From NCBI GenBank assembly GCA_020632515.1, contig JACKFK010000006.1, forward strand, positions 139,876-203,875: a DNA stretch of 64,000 bases. The letters run 5' to 3'. Shown piece after piece: positions 52,410-62,748 of this stretch. The stretch is from Candidatus Omnitrophota bacterium. GTDB lineage: Bacteria; Omnitrophota; Gorgyraeia; Zapsychrales; Zapsychraceae. Positions within the stretch are counted from its first letter, which is position 1. Every line of letters starts with the position of its first letter. Under the pieces are notes generated by a model. That model made no database searches, had not been told where the DNA came from, and saw only the letters and a program-made list of their open reading frames with translations. Both the position numbers and the translations under genes were made by a program.

Positions 52410-54626
52410 ATGAACCCTTTCAGACAAAATTCTGTTCTATTTCTCGTCAGTTTTATTACCCTTTTTTTAGAAATTGCCCTAATTCGCTGGGTCTCGACAG
52501 AGATTCGGATATTTGCTTATCTCAGTAATTTTGTTCTTTTGGCGTGTTTTATTGGTATCGGTTCCGGCTGTTATCTTTCCTCTCAAAAAAATCGTCTTTA
52601 TATATCTTTTCTCGCTTTAAGTCTTTTAATTATTTTTATTCAAATTCCGATTAAAATTAATCTAACTGGACATGAATTGGATATTTTTACAGATATCCCA
52701 GTTCTTTTAGCTGCTTTTAAAGATTCAGTTATTCATTATCAGCGTACCAGTGAAAAACTGCGGCTAATGCAGGCTATTGGAGTGATTTCCACATTAACTA
52801 TGTTCTTTGTCATCATGTTGGCGCTATTTCCATTAGGACAGATTCTAGGACGAGTATTTGATAATCATAAAGATACTATTAAAGCTTATTCTATTAATGT
52901 TGGGGCTAGTCTTTTAGGTGTTTGGGCGTTTAGTGGGATTTCATTTGTTTACGCGCCTCCGCAGATTTGGTTGGTTATCTCGCTTATTTTGACAGGGATT
53001 CTGATGATACTTTTAAAGGATTTTTCAAAGAAGAATATTGTTACTTTTTTTATTTGTTTAATTGTTATTTATTTTTGTTTTGCCCAGAAAGAAAATCCTA
53101 ATGATTTGCAGAAGACAATTTGGTCCCCATATCAAAAGTTAACATTACGTCCTGTGATGCCATTTAAAACAGGAATAGATCCATTTACAGAGCGCAGTAT
53201 TGCTGGCTATATGATCGATGTGAATAATGTTGGTTTTATGAATATGTTGAATTTATCAGATTCTTTTAAAAAAGCCTATAGTGAATATTTCGTCCGCCAG
53301 CCGATGTATAAAGGGGAACCACAAGGCTTTCAGAATCTTTTTAACTTTCCATATATGTTAAAAGCCGGAGCGGAATCAGTTGTAATTTTTGGCGCCGGCG
53401 CTGGCGCTGATGTGGCAGGAGCATTAAGAGCTGGAGTCAAAAAGGTTGATGCTGTTGAAATTGATCCAGGGATTTATCGTTTGGGATTGGACTATCATCC
53501 AGAAGAACCATATTCAGATCCTCGCGTTCATGTTTTTATTGATGACGCCCGATCTTACGTGAAAAAGACTAAAGATACTTATGATATTGTGTATTTCGGC
53601 TTATTGGACGCCCACGCACAATCTTCCAGTATGAATAATATGAGAATGGATCATTATGTTTATACAAAAGAAAGTTTTGAAGAGGCGAAGCAATTATTAA
53701 ATCCTGACGGCCTTTTTGTTGTAAATTTTTTTGTGCAACGAATTTGGATTGGAAAGAGGATTAAGGACCTAGTCCGTGATACTTTTGGTTGGGAACCAAT
53801 TGTGGTGGCTTTTGATCAACGGAAGAATGGTTTGGGGAAAGTTGCTATTATTTCAGGACACAACCGGGAGTATATTATCAATCTTATTAAAAATTCGGAA
53901 GGAGCTTTAGGGCCGTTTATTGTCAACCGATTACTTAATTATGATCAGGGAATGTTTGATAATAATTTAACTGTTACGGAGACAAATGATAATTGGCCGT
54001 ATTTATATTTGCGTCAACCCTTGATTCCTGAAATGTATCTTTTGATGACAGGGATTTTAATTGGTCTTTTTATTTTGTCAAAGGGGATATTTATAAAGAA
54101 AGGACAGCGTTTGGATTTTCATTTCTTCTTTCTTGGAGCCGCGTTTTTGTTATTAGAGTTTCAGAATATTAATAAAACCGCTTTGCTTTTTGGATCGACG
54201 TGGATTGTTAATGCGGTTAATATTTCCGCTATATTAATTTTTATTTTGTTGGCCAATTTGTTTGTATCTAAAATTACGATTAGAAATTTAAAAATCCCGT
54301 ATCTTTGTCTTTTTCTGTCGCTTTTGATTATTTTTGTTGTGCCATTGAATATTTTTAATGCTTTAGGGTATTGGCCAAAATCAATTCTCGCAGGCATTAT
54401 GCTTAATTTGCCGATATTCTTCGCAGGTATTATTTTTATTACGTCATTTAAAGCAACAGATAATAAATCGGTTGCTTTTGGTTCGAATTTAATTGGCGCG
54501 GCTGCTGGTGGTTTACTGGAGTGTTTACCATTCTTAATTGGCATTCGTATGCTTGTCTTAGTCACAATGGGGGTGTATTTTCTGTCGCTTCTTTTTATAA
54601 AAAGGGTTGAATTCTGTGCGCGATAA
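52410..54626 (+). CDS. Polytopic membrane protein with an embedded spermidine-synthase-like (class I SAM-MTase fold) domain
   Basis: N- and C-terminal TM bundles. Central VVIFGAGAGADVAGALRAGVKKVDAVEIDP......Y........DPRV.VFIDDAR.Y.....D.YD.V.FGLLD. Confidence 0.75.
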   Translation: MNPFRQNSVLFLVSFITLFLEIALIRWVSTEIRIFAYLSNFVLLACFIGIGSGCYLSSQKNRLYISFLALSLLIIFIQIPIKINLTGHELDIFTDIPVLLAAFKDSVIHYQRTSEKLRLMQAIGVISTLTMFFVIMLALFPLGQILGRVFDNHKDTIKAYSINVGASLLGVWAFSGISFVYAPPQIWLVISLILTGILMILLKDFSKKNIVTFFICLIVIYFCFAQKENPNDLQKTIWSPYQKLTLRPVMPFKTGIDPFTERSIAGYMIDVNNVGFMNMLNLSDSFKKAYSEYFVRQPMYKGEPQGFQNLFNFPYMLKAGAESVVIFGAGAGADVAGALRAGVKKVDAVEIDPGIYRLGLDYHPEEPYSDPRVHVFIDDARSYVKKTKDTYDIVYFGLLDAHAQSSSMNNMRMDHYVYTKESFEEAKQLLNPDGLFVVNFFVQRIWIGKRIKDLVRDTFGWEPIVVAFDQRKNGLGKVAIISGHNREYIINLIKNSEGALGPFIVNRLLNYDQGMFDNNLTVTETNDNWPYLYLRQPLIPEMYLLMTGILIGLFILSKGIFIKKGQRLDFHFFFLGAAFLLLEFQNINKTALLFGSTWIVNAVNISAILIFILLANLFVSKITIRNLKIPYLCLFLSLLIIFVVPLNIFNALGYWPKSILAGIMLNLPIFFAGIIFITSFKATDNKSVAFGSNLIGAAAGGLLECLPFLIGIRMLVLVTMGVYFLSLLFIKRVEFCAR

Positions 54627-54647
54627 AACGGATGTATAATTTTAAAA

Positions 54648-55715
54648 ATGAAAACTAAGCAAGAAGATGTTATTTTCGGGCGGGGAACGGCTATTAATCC
54701 GGCTAATCGGTTTGAACAGATTAAGATTGAGAAGAATGAAGATTTAGAAACGTTTGAAATGATATCGCCCAAGACAGAGTTTTTCAAAGATCAAACGAAG
54801 TCGTTTATTACGTATAATGACAGTCCGGATTTAGGCTTTGCTGCTGGAATTAATCCTTATCGAGGATGTGAACATGGATGTGTTTATTGTTTTGCCAGGC
54901 CGTATCATGAGTATTTAGGTTTTTCCATTGGATTGGATTTCGAAACAAAGATTTTAGTTAAAGAGAATGCGCCAGAAATTTTACGGAAAGAATTAATGGC
55001 AAAACGGTGGCAGCCGCAGGTTATTGCTCTGAGCGGGGCGACAGATTGTTATCAGCCTGTTGAACGGAAGCTTCAGATTACGCGAAAATGTTTGGAAGTA
55101 TTAAATGAATTTCGAAACCCGGTTTGCATCATCACTAAAAATCGTTTGGTGACGCGTGATATTGATTTATTAAAGCAAATGAATGGATATAAAGGCGCGG
55201 CAGTATTTATTTCGGTAACGACATTAGATCGAAAATTAGCTGGTGTCATGGAGCCGCGCGCGTCAAGACCGCAAGACCGGTTAAGAACGATTCAAATGTT
55301 AAGTGAAGCAGGTATTCCGGTTGGTGTCTTGGTTTCACCGGTAATTCCAGGATTAAATGATCATGAAATTCCATTAATTCTTAAAGAATGTGCTCAAGCC
55401 GGGGCTCAATTTGCTGGATATATTATTTTACGGTTACCTTTTGCGGTGAAAGATCTTTTTACGCAATGGTTAACACAGCATTTTCCTGACTGTAAGAATA
55501 AAATTCTTAACCGTATTCTTGACATCCGTGGGGGAAAGCTGAATGATCCAAATTTTAAATCACGAATGAAAGGCCAGGGTATATTCGCCGAGAATATTGC
55601 AAATCTGTTTTATGTTGCTAAGAAAAGAGTGGGGCTTTATACGAAAGGATTGGAGCTTTCAGTCGAGCATTTTGAGCGGCCAGCAGGGAAACAATTATTA
55701 TTATTTAAATATTAA
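54648..55715 (+). CDS. Radical SAM protein (PA0069-like family)
   Basis: N-terminal GRGTAINPANRF. CEHGCVYCFARP is a CxxxCxxC cluster motif. Confidence 0.85.
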   Translation: MKTKQEDVIFGRGTAINPANRFEQIKIEKNEDLETFEMISPKTEFFKDQTKSFITYNDSPDLGFAAGINPYRGCEHGCVYCFARPYHEYLGFSIGLDFETKILVKENAPEILRKELMAKRWQPQVIALSGATDCYQPVERKLQITRKCLEVLNEFRNPVCIITKNRLVTRDIDLLKQMNGYKGAAVFISVTTLDRKLAGVMEPRASRPQDRLRTIQMLSEAGIPVGVLVSPVIPGLNDHEIPLILKECAQAGAQFAGYIILRLPFAVKDLFTQWLTQHFPDCKNKILNRILDIRGGKLNDPNFKSRMKGQGIFAENIANLFYVAKKRVGLYTKGLELSVEHFERPAGKQLLLFKY

Positions 55716-55727
55716 GTGAGGGATTTT

Positions 55728-56087
55728 ATGAAGAAAGAAATAATAAATATTTTACTTATTATCTTTTTTTTAAACGGTTGTGCAACGGTAAGGTCTGTGG
55801 AAAGAGGTTATGCAAAAATTAATTATGAAGATGGGATTTCAAAAAAAGAGGCAAAATTAATAGCTTTTAAACATGTTATTGATAATGAAATCTCCGATAA
55901 GATATTGGGTATTAATGTGGCTCGGCATTTTTCCGGGAAAAAATATCCGAATACTTGGGTAAGTAAATTTGAATCTCATCCCATGGATCTGGTATGGCAG
56001 GGAACACATTGGTATGCGGTGTATGTTGATAAAGTGACGGGTAAAATTGTTGCAGCTGAATGGGGGCCGACGGATAAATTGTTTTAA
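55728..56087 (+). CDS. Hypothetical lipoprotein
   Basis: MKKEIINILLIIFFLNGC lipobox. SD GAGGGA before ATG 55728. Confidence 0.5.
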   Translation: MKKEIINILLIIFFLNGCATVRSVERGYAKINYEDGISKKEAKLIAFKHVIDNEISDKILGINVARHFSGKKYPNTWVSKFESHPMDLVWQGTHWYAVYVDKVTGKIVAAEWGPTDKLF

Positions 56088-56090
56088 GCG

Positions 56091-56930
56091 TTACATCCGT
56101 TTTAACTCATACATGAATTGATCCCAAGGGAAATGAGTTCCAGGACAATCGGTTGAACTTTCTTTGACTTGGCCGTGACCCATAATATTTTTCAAAGGAA
56201 TTTTATAGTATCGACGAAGCTCATTGACAAGGTAGGTTAGAGAATTCATTTGTTTAGGCGAAACTTTATCATGATTGAAATTGCCCACTAAAACAATTCC
56301 AATGGCTTTTACATTCATGTCAGAGGCTTTACAGTGAGCCCCATCTTGTTGTTTTAACCAACGAGGAGTTACTTCAATTTGTCCGTCACTTTTTTCCTGG
56401 GTGTTATTATCAATGACATAATGATACCCTACACCGTTTTCCCAGCCTTTATTCAAATGAGATTTATGAAAGGATAAAGAATTGCCTTCTTCGGTCGCGC
56501 TATGATGGATAATGATATATTTCCACTTTTTGGAAGGGATGAGAGAAATAACTGGTTTAATTTTTGATGCTCCGGGGATAATAATTTTTTGGCCTAATTT
56601 GAGTTCATTGATCTTTGTAATGTGATTTGCTTGCATAATTGTAGCAGTAGGAACATCATACATTTTACTAATCCGCCAAAATGTTTCGCCAGGGGCTACG
56701 ATATGCCAAACATCGGAATGTCTTGATAGTGGAATTTGTGGTGGAGGATTATATTGAGTTCTATTTGTTGGGAGAGAATAGTCTCTGGGAGTCGAATATA
56801 TATCAGTAGAAAGATTTTGATCTGGATCAGGAATAACTGTACAGGAAGAAAAGAGCAGCATCAATATGAGCAAGAAAGAATATTTCTTCATTTTTTGAAT
56901 TAAAAGAGATGCTTTAGAAAATTCTGACAT
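56091..56930 (-). CDS. LysM-domain N-acetylmuramoyl-L-alanine amidase (Amidase_2 / PGRP-type)
   Basis: Lipoprotein-like N-terminus (LLFSSC). LysM (HIVAPGETFWRISKMYDV...I...N.I......L.LGQKIIIP). Amidase_2 (IIIHHSAT...H...GW..VGYHYVI...G.I...R). Confidence 0.85.
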   Translation of the reverse strand: MSEFSKASLLIQKMKKYSFLLILMLLFSSCTVIPDPDQNLSTDIYSTPRDYSLPTNRTQYNPPPQIPLSRHSDVWHIVAPGETFWRISKMYDVPTATIMQANHITKINELKLGQKIIIPGASKIKPVISLIPSKKWKYIIIHHSATEEGNSLSFHKSHLNKGWENGVGYHYVIDNNTQEKSDGQIEVTPRWLKQQDGAHCKASDMNVKAIGIVLVGNFNHDKVSPKQMNSLTYLVNELRRYYKIPLKNIMGHGQVKESSTDCPGTHFPWDQFMYELKRM

Positions 56931-57212
56931 AGTTATTATTCTATTTAAGTTTCTTTATTGTACAAGATATTAATTTGGAATATTGCGGGTTTGATGGTTG
57001 ATCGACAAGATGAATAATTCTTAAAAAAAAGTAACATTTTTTTAATTTCATGGTATTTTACGAGTGATAGATTATAGTCAATAAACTTCTTAGAGTCACC
57101 ATATTAATAAGATGTTATAGAAATAGATCTTCAGTATCTTCATGAATCTAATCTTTATAAAATATCTGCCAACTTTTTTTCAAAGAAAATTAAGTAGTGA
57201 AAGATTTTATCT

Positions 57213-58511
57213 ATGATCCAAACAGATAGTGTTTTTCAGGAACTGGGTTTCGAATATAAAACAGATAATCTTTATTACAAAACTATTGATACGATTTTAC
57301 AGGCAGCTGTTTATCTTAATATTCCACGACGGTTAGAACTAATTCTGGCGCAACCTAAGAATGAAATTATTGTCCATTTTCCTGTAAAGATGGATAATGG
57401 GCAATTTAAATTATTCAAAGGTTATCGTATTCAACATAACAATGTCCTTGGACCGTATAAAGGCGGGATGCGTTTTGATAATACAGTTCATTTAGACCAT
57501 GTGAAAGCCCTGGCCGCGATTATGACAATTAAAACAGCTTTGGTGCAACTTCCCTTCGGCGGAGCAAAAGGGGGCGTGCAGATTAATCCTAAATCTTTAT
57601 CGAGAGATGAATTGATGCGAATGACAAGGAGATTTACCAGTGCGTTAGGGAATAACATTCATCCAGATTTTGATATACCTGCCCCTGATGTTGGAACAAA
57701 TGCGCAGATTATGGCTTGGATGGCGGATACTTATGTGAATCTTGACACGCAGCGACGAGCGACAAGTCATAGTGTTGTGACTGGAAAACCTTTGGCGTTT
57801 GGAGGATCTCAGGGACGGGATAAAGCCACAGGACAGGGGTTAGTGTATGTGCTTGAAGAAATTTTACCAGAGAAGAATATAGCTTTTGGACAATGCCGAT
57901 TCAGTTTGGTTGGTTTTGGGAATGTTGGGTCTTGGACGGGACGATTATTGTGCGAACGTGGAGCAACTCTGTTGGCTGTGGGGGATCATAGTGGTTTTAT
58001 CAAAAATGATCAAGGGATTGATGCTATCAAATTGACCCGTTACGTTGAAGAAAAGGGAGGCGTTAAAGGATTTGCAGAGGCCGAGAGTATATCAGAAGAT
58101 GAATTTTATCAAACAAAGGTGGATTTATTTATTCCAGCGGCTTTAGAACAGATGATCAATTTAAAGAAGGCGCAACAATTAGATTGCCGGATATTAGCCG
58201 AGGCTGCAAATATACCGGTAACGCCTGAAGCTGAAGAGTTTCTTTTGAAGAAAGGTGTTGAGATTCTGCCGGCGGTGCTTTGTAATGCTGGCGGAGTGAC
58301 AGTAAGTTATTTTGAATGGAAACAAAATCGACAGACGGAAACTTGGGATTTAGATGTGGTTGACCATAAGTTGAAAAAGTGTATGATTCAGGCAACGCAC
58401 CGGGTTAAACAAGCTGCTAAAAAGTATAAATGTAATTTGCAATTAGCTGCTTATTGCGCCGCGTTGAAACATATTGAAGAAGTTTATGAACATAGAGGCA
58501 TATTCCCTTAG
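57213..58511 (+). CDS. gdh: Glutamate dehydrogenase (Glu/Leu/Phe/Val dehydrogenase family)
   Basis: GPYKGGMRF, LPFGGAKGG, PAPDVGT, GFGNVG Rossmann. Confidence 0.92.
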   Translation: MIQTDSVFQELGFEYKTDNLYYKTIDTILQAAVYLNIPRRLELILAQPKNEIIVHFPVKMDNGQFKLFKGYRIQHNNVLGPYKGGMRFDNTVHLDHVKALAAIMTIKTALVQLPFGGAKGGVQINPKSLSRDELMRMTRRFTSALGNNIHPDFDIPAPDVGTNAQIMAWMADTYVNLDTQRRATSHSVVTGKPLAFGGSQGRDKATGQGLVYVLEEILPEKNIAFGQCRFSLVGFGNVGSWTGRLLCERGATLLAVGDHSGFIKNDQGIDAIKLTRYVEEKGGVKGFAEAESISEDEFYQTKVDLFIPAALEQMINLKKAQQLDCRILAEAANIPVTPEAEEFLLKKGVEILPAVLCNAGGVTVSYFEWKQNRQTETWDLDVVDHKLKKCMIQATHRVKQAAKKYKCNLQLAAYCAALKHIEEVYEHRGIFP

Positions 58512-58530
58512 GAGAACAGGATAGGATTTT

Positions 58531-59553
58531 ATGGAAGGATCGTGGTTAGGCATCGCTATTTGTCTGCTGCATTCTGCTCTTTTTTCCGGCTTAAATATTG
58601 GATTTTTCGGATTAAGTCGCTTGCGCCTGGTTGTTCAGGCGGAAACTTTTAATAAAGATGCGTTGCGAATTTTGGAGCTGCGTAAAGATGCCCACTTATT
58701 GTTAGCGACATTGTTGTGGGGGAATGTGGCCAGCAATGTTTTATTAGCGTTATTGGCGGATTCTGTTATGGCAGGCGTAAGTGCTTTTTTGTTTTCCACC
58801 GTCGGTATTACTTTCTTTGGGGAAATTATACCCCAAGCGTATCTTTCCAAACATGCCTTACGATATAGTGTTATTTTGGTTCCAATTGTAAAGTTTTATC
58901 AAATATTGTTTTATTTTATCGCCAAACCTACAGCATTACTATTAGATCAGTGGTTGGGGAAAGAACAGATTTCTTATTTTACTGAAAATGAAATTAAGAT
59001 TTTGCTGCAGCGCCACGCGCATTCTACCCTTTCAGATTTAGAAAATTTAGAAACCCTGGGGGCTATTAATTTCTTAAAACTAGATGATATTCTTGTTGTT
59101 GAAGAGGGGGAAATCATCAATCCGAAAAGTGTTATTTCTTTAGAGACCACAAAGAAGAATTTACCAATCTTTCCTGATTTTGACATTGATCCTAACGATC
59201 CTTTTTTACAAAAGATTCATGTTTCGCAGGAAAAATGGGTCATTATAACGAATGAAGAGAATTTTCCTGTTTTAGTTTTAAATGCAGATCAGTTTTTACG
59301 GGATGTTTTATATAATAAAGAAATCCGCAGTATTTTTACCTACTGTCACCGTCCGATTTTGGTGACAGATCCTGCCGTAAAGTTAGGCGAAGCGTTACTT
59401 AAATTTAAAGTTCAGGCGGAGCATTTGGAAGATGATGTGGTGGATAAAGATTTGATTTTATTTTGGGGAGAACAGAAACGTATCATTACTGGAGCCGATA
59501 TCCTCGGACGGTTGCTTCGGGGAATTGTTAATAGAACTCGTCGTATTAAGTAA
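58531..59553 (+). CDS. DUF21/CNNM-family membrane protein
   Basis: Four-TM DUF21 core (SALFSGLNIGFF.LS...L..........LLATLLWGNV..N........FGEIIPQA). The C-terminal region is not a clear CBS pair. Confidence 0.7.
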   Translation: MEGSWLGIAICLLHSALFSGLNIGFFGLSRLRLVVQAETFNKDALRILELRKDAHLLLATLLWGNVASNVLLALLADSVMAGVSAFLFSTVGITFFGEIIPQAYLSKHALRYSVILVPIVKFYQILFYFIAKPTALLLDQWLGKEQISYFTENEIKILLQRHAHSTLSDLENLETLGAINFLKLDDILVVEEGEIINPKSVISLETTKKNLPIFPDFDIDPNDPFLQKIHVSQEKWVIITNEENFPVLVLNADQFLRDVLYNKEIRSIFTYCHRPILVTDPAVKLGEALLKFKVQAEHLEDDVVDKDLILFWGEQKRIITGADILGRLLRGIVNRTRRIK

Positions 59554-59646
59554 GCGCCTTACCATATTCCAAGTTGACAGAAATTTTCTAAGTTGTTATG
59601 ATGTCTTAAATTATCACGAATCCTGAAATTAGGGGAGATAAAGGTC

Positions 59647-60489
59647 ATTAAAGACATTTTTTCAGTCTGGCAGCATTTACCTGAGCATATCAATCCAGTA
59701 TTCTGTCAAATTGGTCCCATACAAATTCGATATTACGGATTAATGTATTTGTCGTCTATTCTTGTGGCGTATGGTCTTTTGTTGTACCGCTTAAAGCATG
59801 AAAAGTTTTCTTATACTAAAGAATTGATTGAAGATTATTTCTTTAGGTTGATTATCGGTATTCTTATTGGCGCCCGGTTGGGATATGTAATTTTTTATGA
59901 TTTTGCATATTTTTCTCAGAAACCATGGCAGATTATTTTGCCATTTGATGTGGAAAATGGATTTCGGTTTACCGGGATTAGCGGTTTGTCGTATCATGGC
60001 GGATTATTGGGTGTAATTGTGGCATCGTTTTTATTTTGTCGTAAGAATAATATTGATTTTTGGGAGCTTGGAGATTTTCTTGTTCCGGCGGTGCCGTTGG
60101 GGTATGCGTTTGGTCGATTAGGAAATTTTCTTAATGGAGAATTGTATGGACGCGTAACGGATATGCCTTGGGGGATGTATTTTGCAAACGCCGCAACTTA
60201 TGAATTGCGTCATCCCTCCCAATTATATGAAATGTTTTTTGAAGGCATTGTGCTGTTTATTTTCTTTTGGCTTATTCGAAAGCGGCGTGATATTTTTCAG
60301 CGAAAGTTTTTAGGATTATATTTAATAGGCTACGGAGGAGTTCGTTTTTTTATCGAATTTTTTCGTCAACCAGATGAGCATCTGGGGTTTGTTTTGGGGG
60401 TATTAAGTATGGGGCAGGTATTATGTTTAGGGATGATAATGGCGGGGATTTTTATTATTATAAAGAATATTAAATTAGTTAAAAGTTAA
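59647..60489 (+). CDS. lgt: Prolipoprotein diacylglyceryl transferase, probably initiating at a non-canonical codon
   Basis: PVF.QIGP..IRYYGLMY, HGGLLG, GR.GNF.NGELYG and PSQLYE motifs. The conserved N-terminus extends upstream of the first ATG (59743). ATT 59647 follows AGGGGAG by 9 nt. Confidence 0.85.
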   Translation: MKDIFSVWQHLPEHINPVFCQIGPIQIRYYGLMYLSSILVAYGLLLYRLKHEKFSYTKELIEDYFFRLIIGILIGARLGYVIFYDFAYFSQKPWQIILPFDVENGFRFTGISGLSYHGGLLGVIVASFLFCRKNNIDFWELGDFLVPAVPLGYAFGRLGNFLNGELYGRVTDMPWGMYFANAATYELRHPSQLYEMFFEGIVLFIFFWLIRKRRDIFQRKFLGLYLIGYGGVRFFIEFFRQPDEHLGFVLGVLSMGQVLCLGMIMAGIFIIIKNIKLVKS

Positions 60490-60496
60490 TAACATT

Positions 60497-60964
60497 ATGA
60501 CAGATCAAAAACGAGACGAAGAATATATGCGCGCGGCAATTGAAGAGGCGGTTAAAGGGAAAGGAAAAACATTTCCTAATCCTGTGGTCGGAGCCGTGAT
60601 TATTTCTGGTGATGAAATTATTGCAAAAGGATATCATGAGAAATCGGGTGGCCCCCATGCTGAAGTTGTGGCTTTGGAATCGTATGATAAAGTGCGGTAT
60701 CCAAATGCGGAAATGTATGTCACTTTAGAACCTTGTAGCACGCAAGGACGGACAGGTTCTTGTTGTGCAGCAATTATTCAAGCCCAGATAAAACGGGTGG
60801 TCTTTGGTTCTATAGATTTAAATCCGATTCATAACGGCCGAGCAGTTAAGATATTGCAAGATGCAAATATTGATGTAACTGCGGGAGTTCTTAAAAGAGA
60901 ATGTGATCAATTAAATGACGTATATTTTCATCAGATGAGAGAATCAAATTTAAATCAGGACTAG
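60497..60964 (+). CDS. ribD: CMP/dCMP-type zinc deaminase resembling the N-terminal (deaminase) domain of RibD
   Basis: HAEVVAL ... TLEPCSTQGRTGSCCAAI. Only 155 aa, so no reductase domain. Confidence 0.75.
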   Translation: MTDQKRDEEYMRAAIEEAVKGKGKTFPNPVVGAVIISGDEIIAKGYHEKSGGPHAEVVALESYDKVRYPNAEMYVTLEPCSTQGRTGSCCAAIIQAQIKRVVFGSIDLNPIHNGRAVKILQDANIDVTAGVLKRECDQLNDVYFHQMRESNLNQD

Positions 60965-60972
60965 GGAAGAAA

Positions 60973-62001
60973 ATGAGTGATAAAGATATTTGGATGCTGA
61001 ATCAAAGGCCGCGAAGGAATCGAAAGAACGAATCATTACGTTTACTTTTAACTGAGACACAATTGTCTGTTAATGATTTGGTGATGCCGTTATTCGTTAT
61101 TGAAGGTAAAAAACAGTCTATTAAGATTCCTTCTATGCCGGGTATTGAGAAAATGAGTGTGGATCTTTTATGTCGAGAAGTGGAGGATCTTTTTGATTTA
61201 GGGATCAAAGCTGTGGCTTTGTTTCCCAGTATTTCTGAACATTTGAAAGATAAGAAAGCTACCGAAAGTAAAAATCCAAATGGATTATTGCAGAAAGCGG
61301 TTAAAGCGATTAAACAAAAGTTGCCGGAAATGGTAGTTATTACCGATGTGGCGATGGATCCGTATTCCAGCGATGGACATGATGGGTTTGTAAAGAATGG
61401 AAAAATATTAAATGATGAAACTTTGCCGATTTTAGCTGAGATGGCGTTGGCGCAAGCCAAGGCAGGGTGCGATTTGGTGGCGCCAAGTGATATGATGGAT
61501 GGTCGGGTTAAATATATTCGAAAGGTGTTAGATCAAAATGGATTTCAGGATGTTGGAATATTATCGTATGCGGTTAAATATGCCTCGGCCTTTTATGGGC
61601 CATTCCGAGATGCTTTGGGCTCAGCGCCTAAGCAAGGCGATAAGAAAACATATCAAATGAATCCAGCTAATATTCGAGAAGCCGTTCGTGAAGTTGAGTT
61701 GGATGTGAAAGAGGGCGCGGATATTGTGATGGTTAAGCCAGGGTTGCCTTATTTAGATGTGATTCGTCTGGTTAAAGAGGTTGTGAACATTCCTGTTGCA
61801 GCATACAATGTCAGTGGAGAATATGCGATGATTAAAGCCGCAGCGCAGAAAGGTTGGCTTGATAGCCAGTCGACTAGTTTGGAGATGTTGCTTTCTATAA
61901 AACGGGCGGGTGCCGATATTATTTTTACATATTTTGCTAAAGAAACAGCGGAACATTTTAAGCATAAGAGTAGAGAAGTTCAAAAAAAGAAATTATTGTA
62001 A
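60973..62001 (+). CDS. hemB: Porphobilinogen synthase (delta-aminolevulinate dehydratase)
   Basis: RPRRNR...LR.L..ET.L...DL..PLFV.EG. SDMMDGRV. Active-site region VKPG.PYLD. Confidence 0.93.
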   Translation: MSDKDIWMLNQRPRRNRKNESLRLLLTETQLSVNDLVMPLFVIEGKKQSIKIPSMPGIEKMSVDLLCREVEDLFDLGIKAVALFPSISEHLKDKKATESKNPNGLLQKAVKAIKQKLPEMVVITDVAMDPYSSDGHDGFVKNGKILNDETLPILAEMALAQAKAGCDLVAPSDMMDGRVKYIRKVLDQNGFQDVGILSYAVKYASAFYGPFRDALGSAPKQGDKKTYQMNPANIREAVREVELDVKEGADIVMVKPGLPYLDVIRLVKEVVNIPVAAYNVSGEYAMIKAAAQKGWLDSQSTSLEMLLSIKRAGADIIFTYFAKETAEHFKHKSREVQKKKLL

Positions 62002-62349
62002 TCGGTAAATGATTTTTATTTGCATTTGGTAAAATGTAGTTTACATTTAAAAGAATTTTGCTATTATTAATTCTTAACAATTGTACAGGAGGAGTCGTTC
62101 CGGGATTTATTTTATAATATGTTGTCTTATCAAAAGACAAGGTATTATGTTGAGTATTTAGTGTAAGATATATCTTCTTATACGGCCACGGAAAGAAAGT
62201 TTAACGCATTTGAGTTTGATGAGTTTTTAGGTTCTTATTTATAAGAATTCTAGGGGCTTTAAACTTAAATGTGTTTTTTTTTGTCATTTCGTTTTAAGGG
62301 AATTAAATTCTAATAATTAACGTTTTTTTTAAGAAAAGGAGAAGTAAAG

Positions 62350-62745
62350 ATGAGAAAATTAATTGGGTTAGTATTGATGATGTTGGTTTTATATATCCCA
62401 GGGGCATCAGCTCAAGAGGATATGGAAAACTTGCGTTATGCTTATGGCAGTATTGTTAAAGTAACACCAAATGAAATTAGTATTTCGGAATATAATTATG
62501 AAACAGATCAAGAAGTTGTTAGTGTTTATGTTTTGAATGAAGAGTCGGTCTTGGAAGATATGGAATCTGTAAATGAAATTACTGTTGGTGAAGAAGTTGA
62601 AATTATGTATGAGGAAAAAGGAAGTGAAAAAATCATTGTTATGCTTTCCAAGGCTTCAGATTTAGATGACGATGCATTGGAATATAATGTTGATGGTGTT
62701 GAAGAAGATATGCAAGAAGAGGTTCGGGAAATTACGGTTGAATAA
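62350..62745 (+). CDS. Small acidic secreted protein
   Basis: Signal peptide MRKLIGLVLMMLVLYIPGASA|Q. Glu/Asp-rich C-terminus. SD AAAGGAGAAG. Confidence 0.5.
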   Translation: MRKLIGLVLMMLVLYIPGASAQEDMENLRYAYGSIVKVTPNEISISEYNYETDQEVVSVYVLNEESVLEDMESVNEITVGEEVEIMYEEKGSEKIIVMLSKASDLDDDALEYNVDGVEEDMQEEVREITVE

Positions 62746-62748
62746 TTT

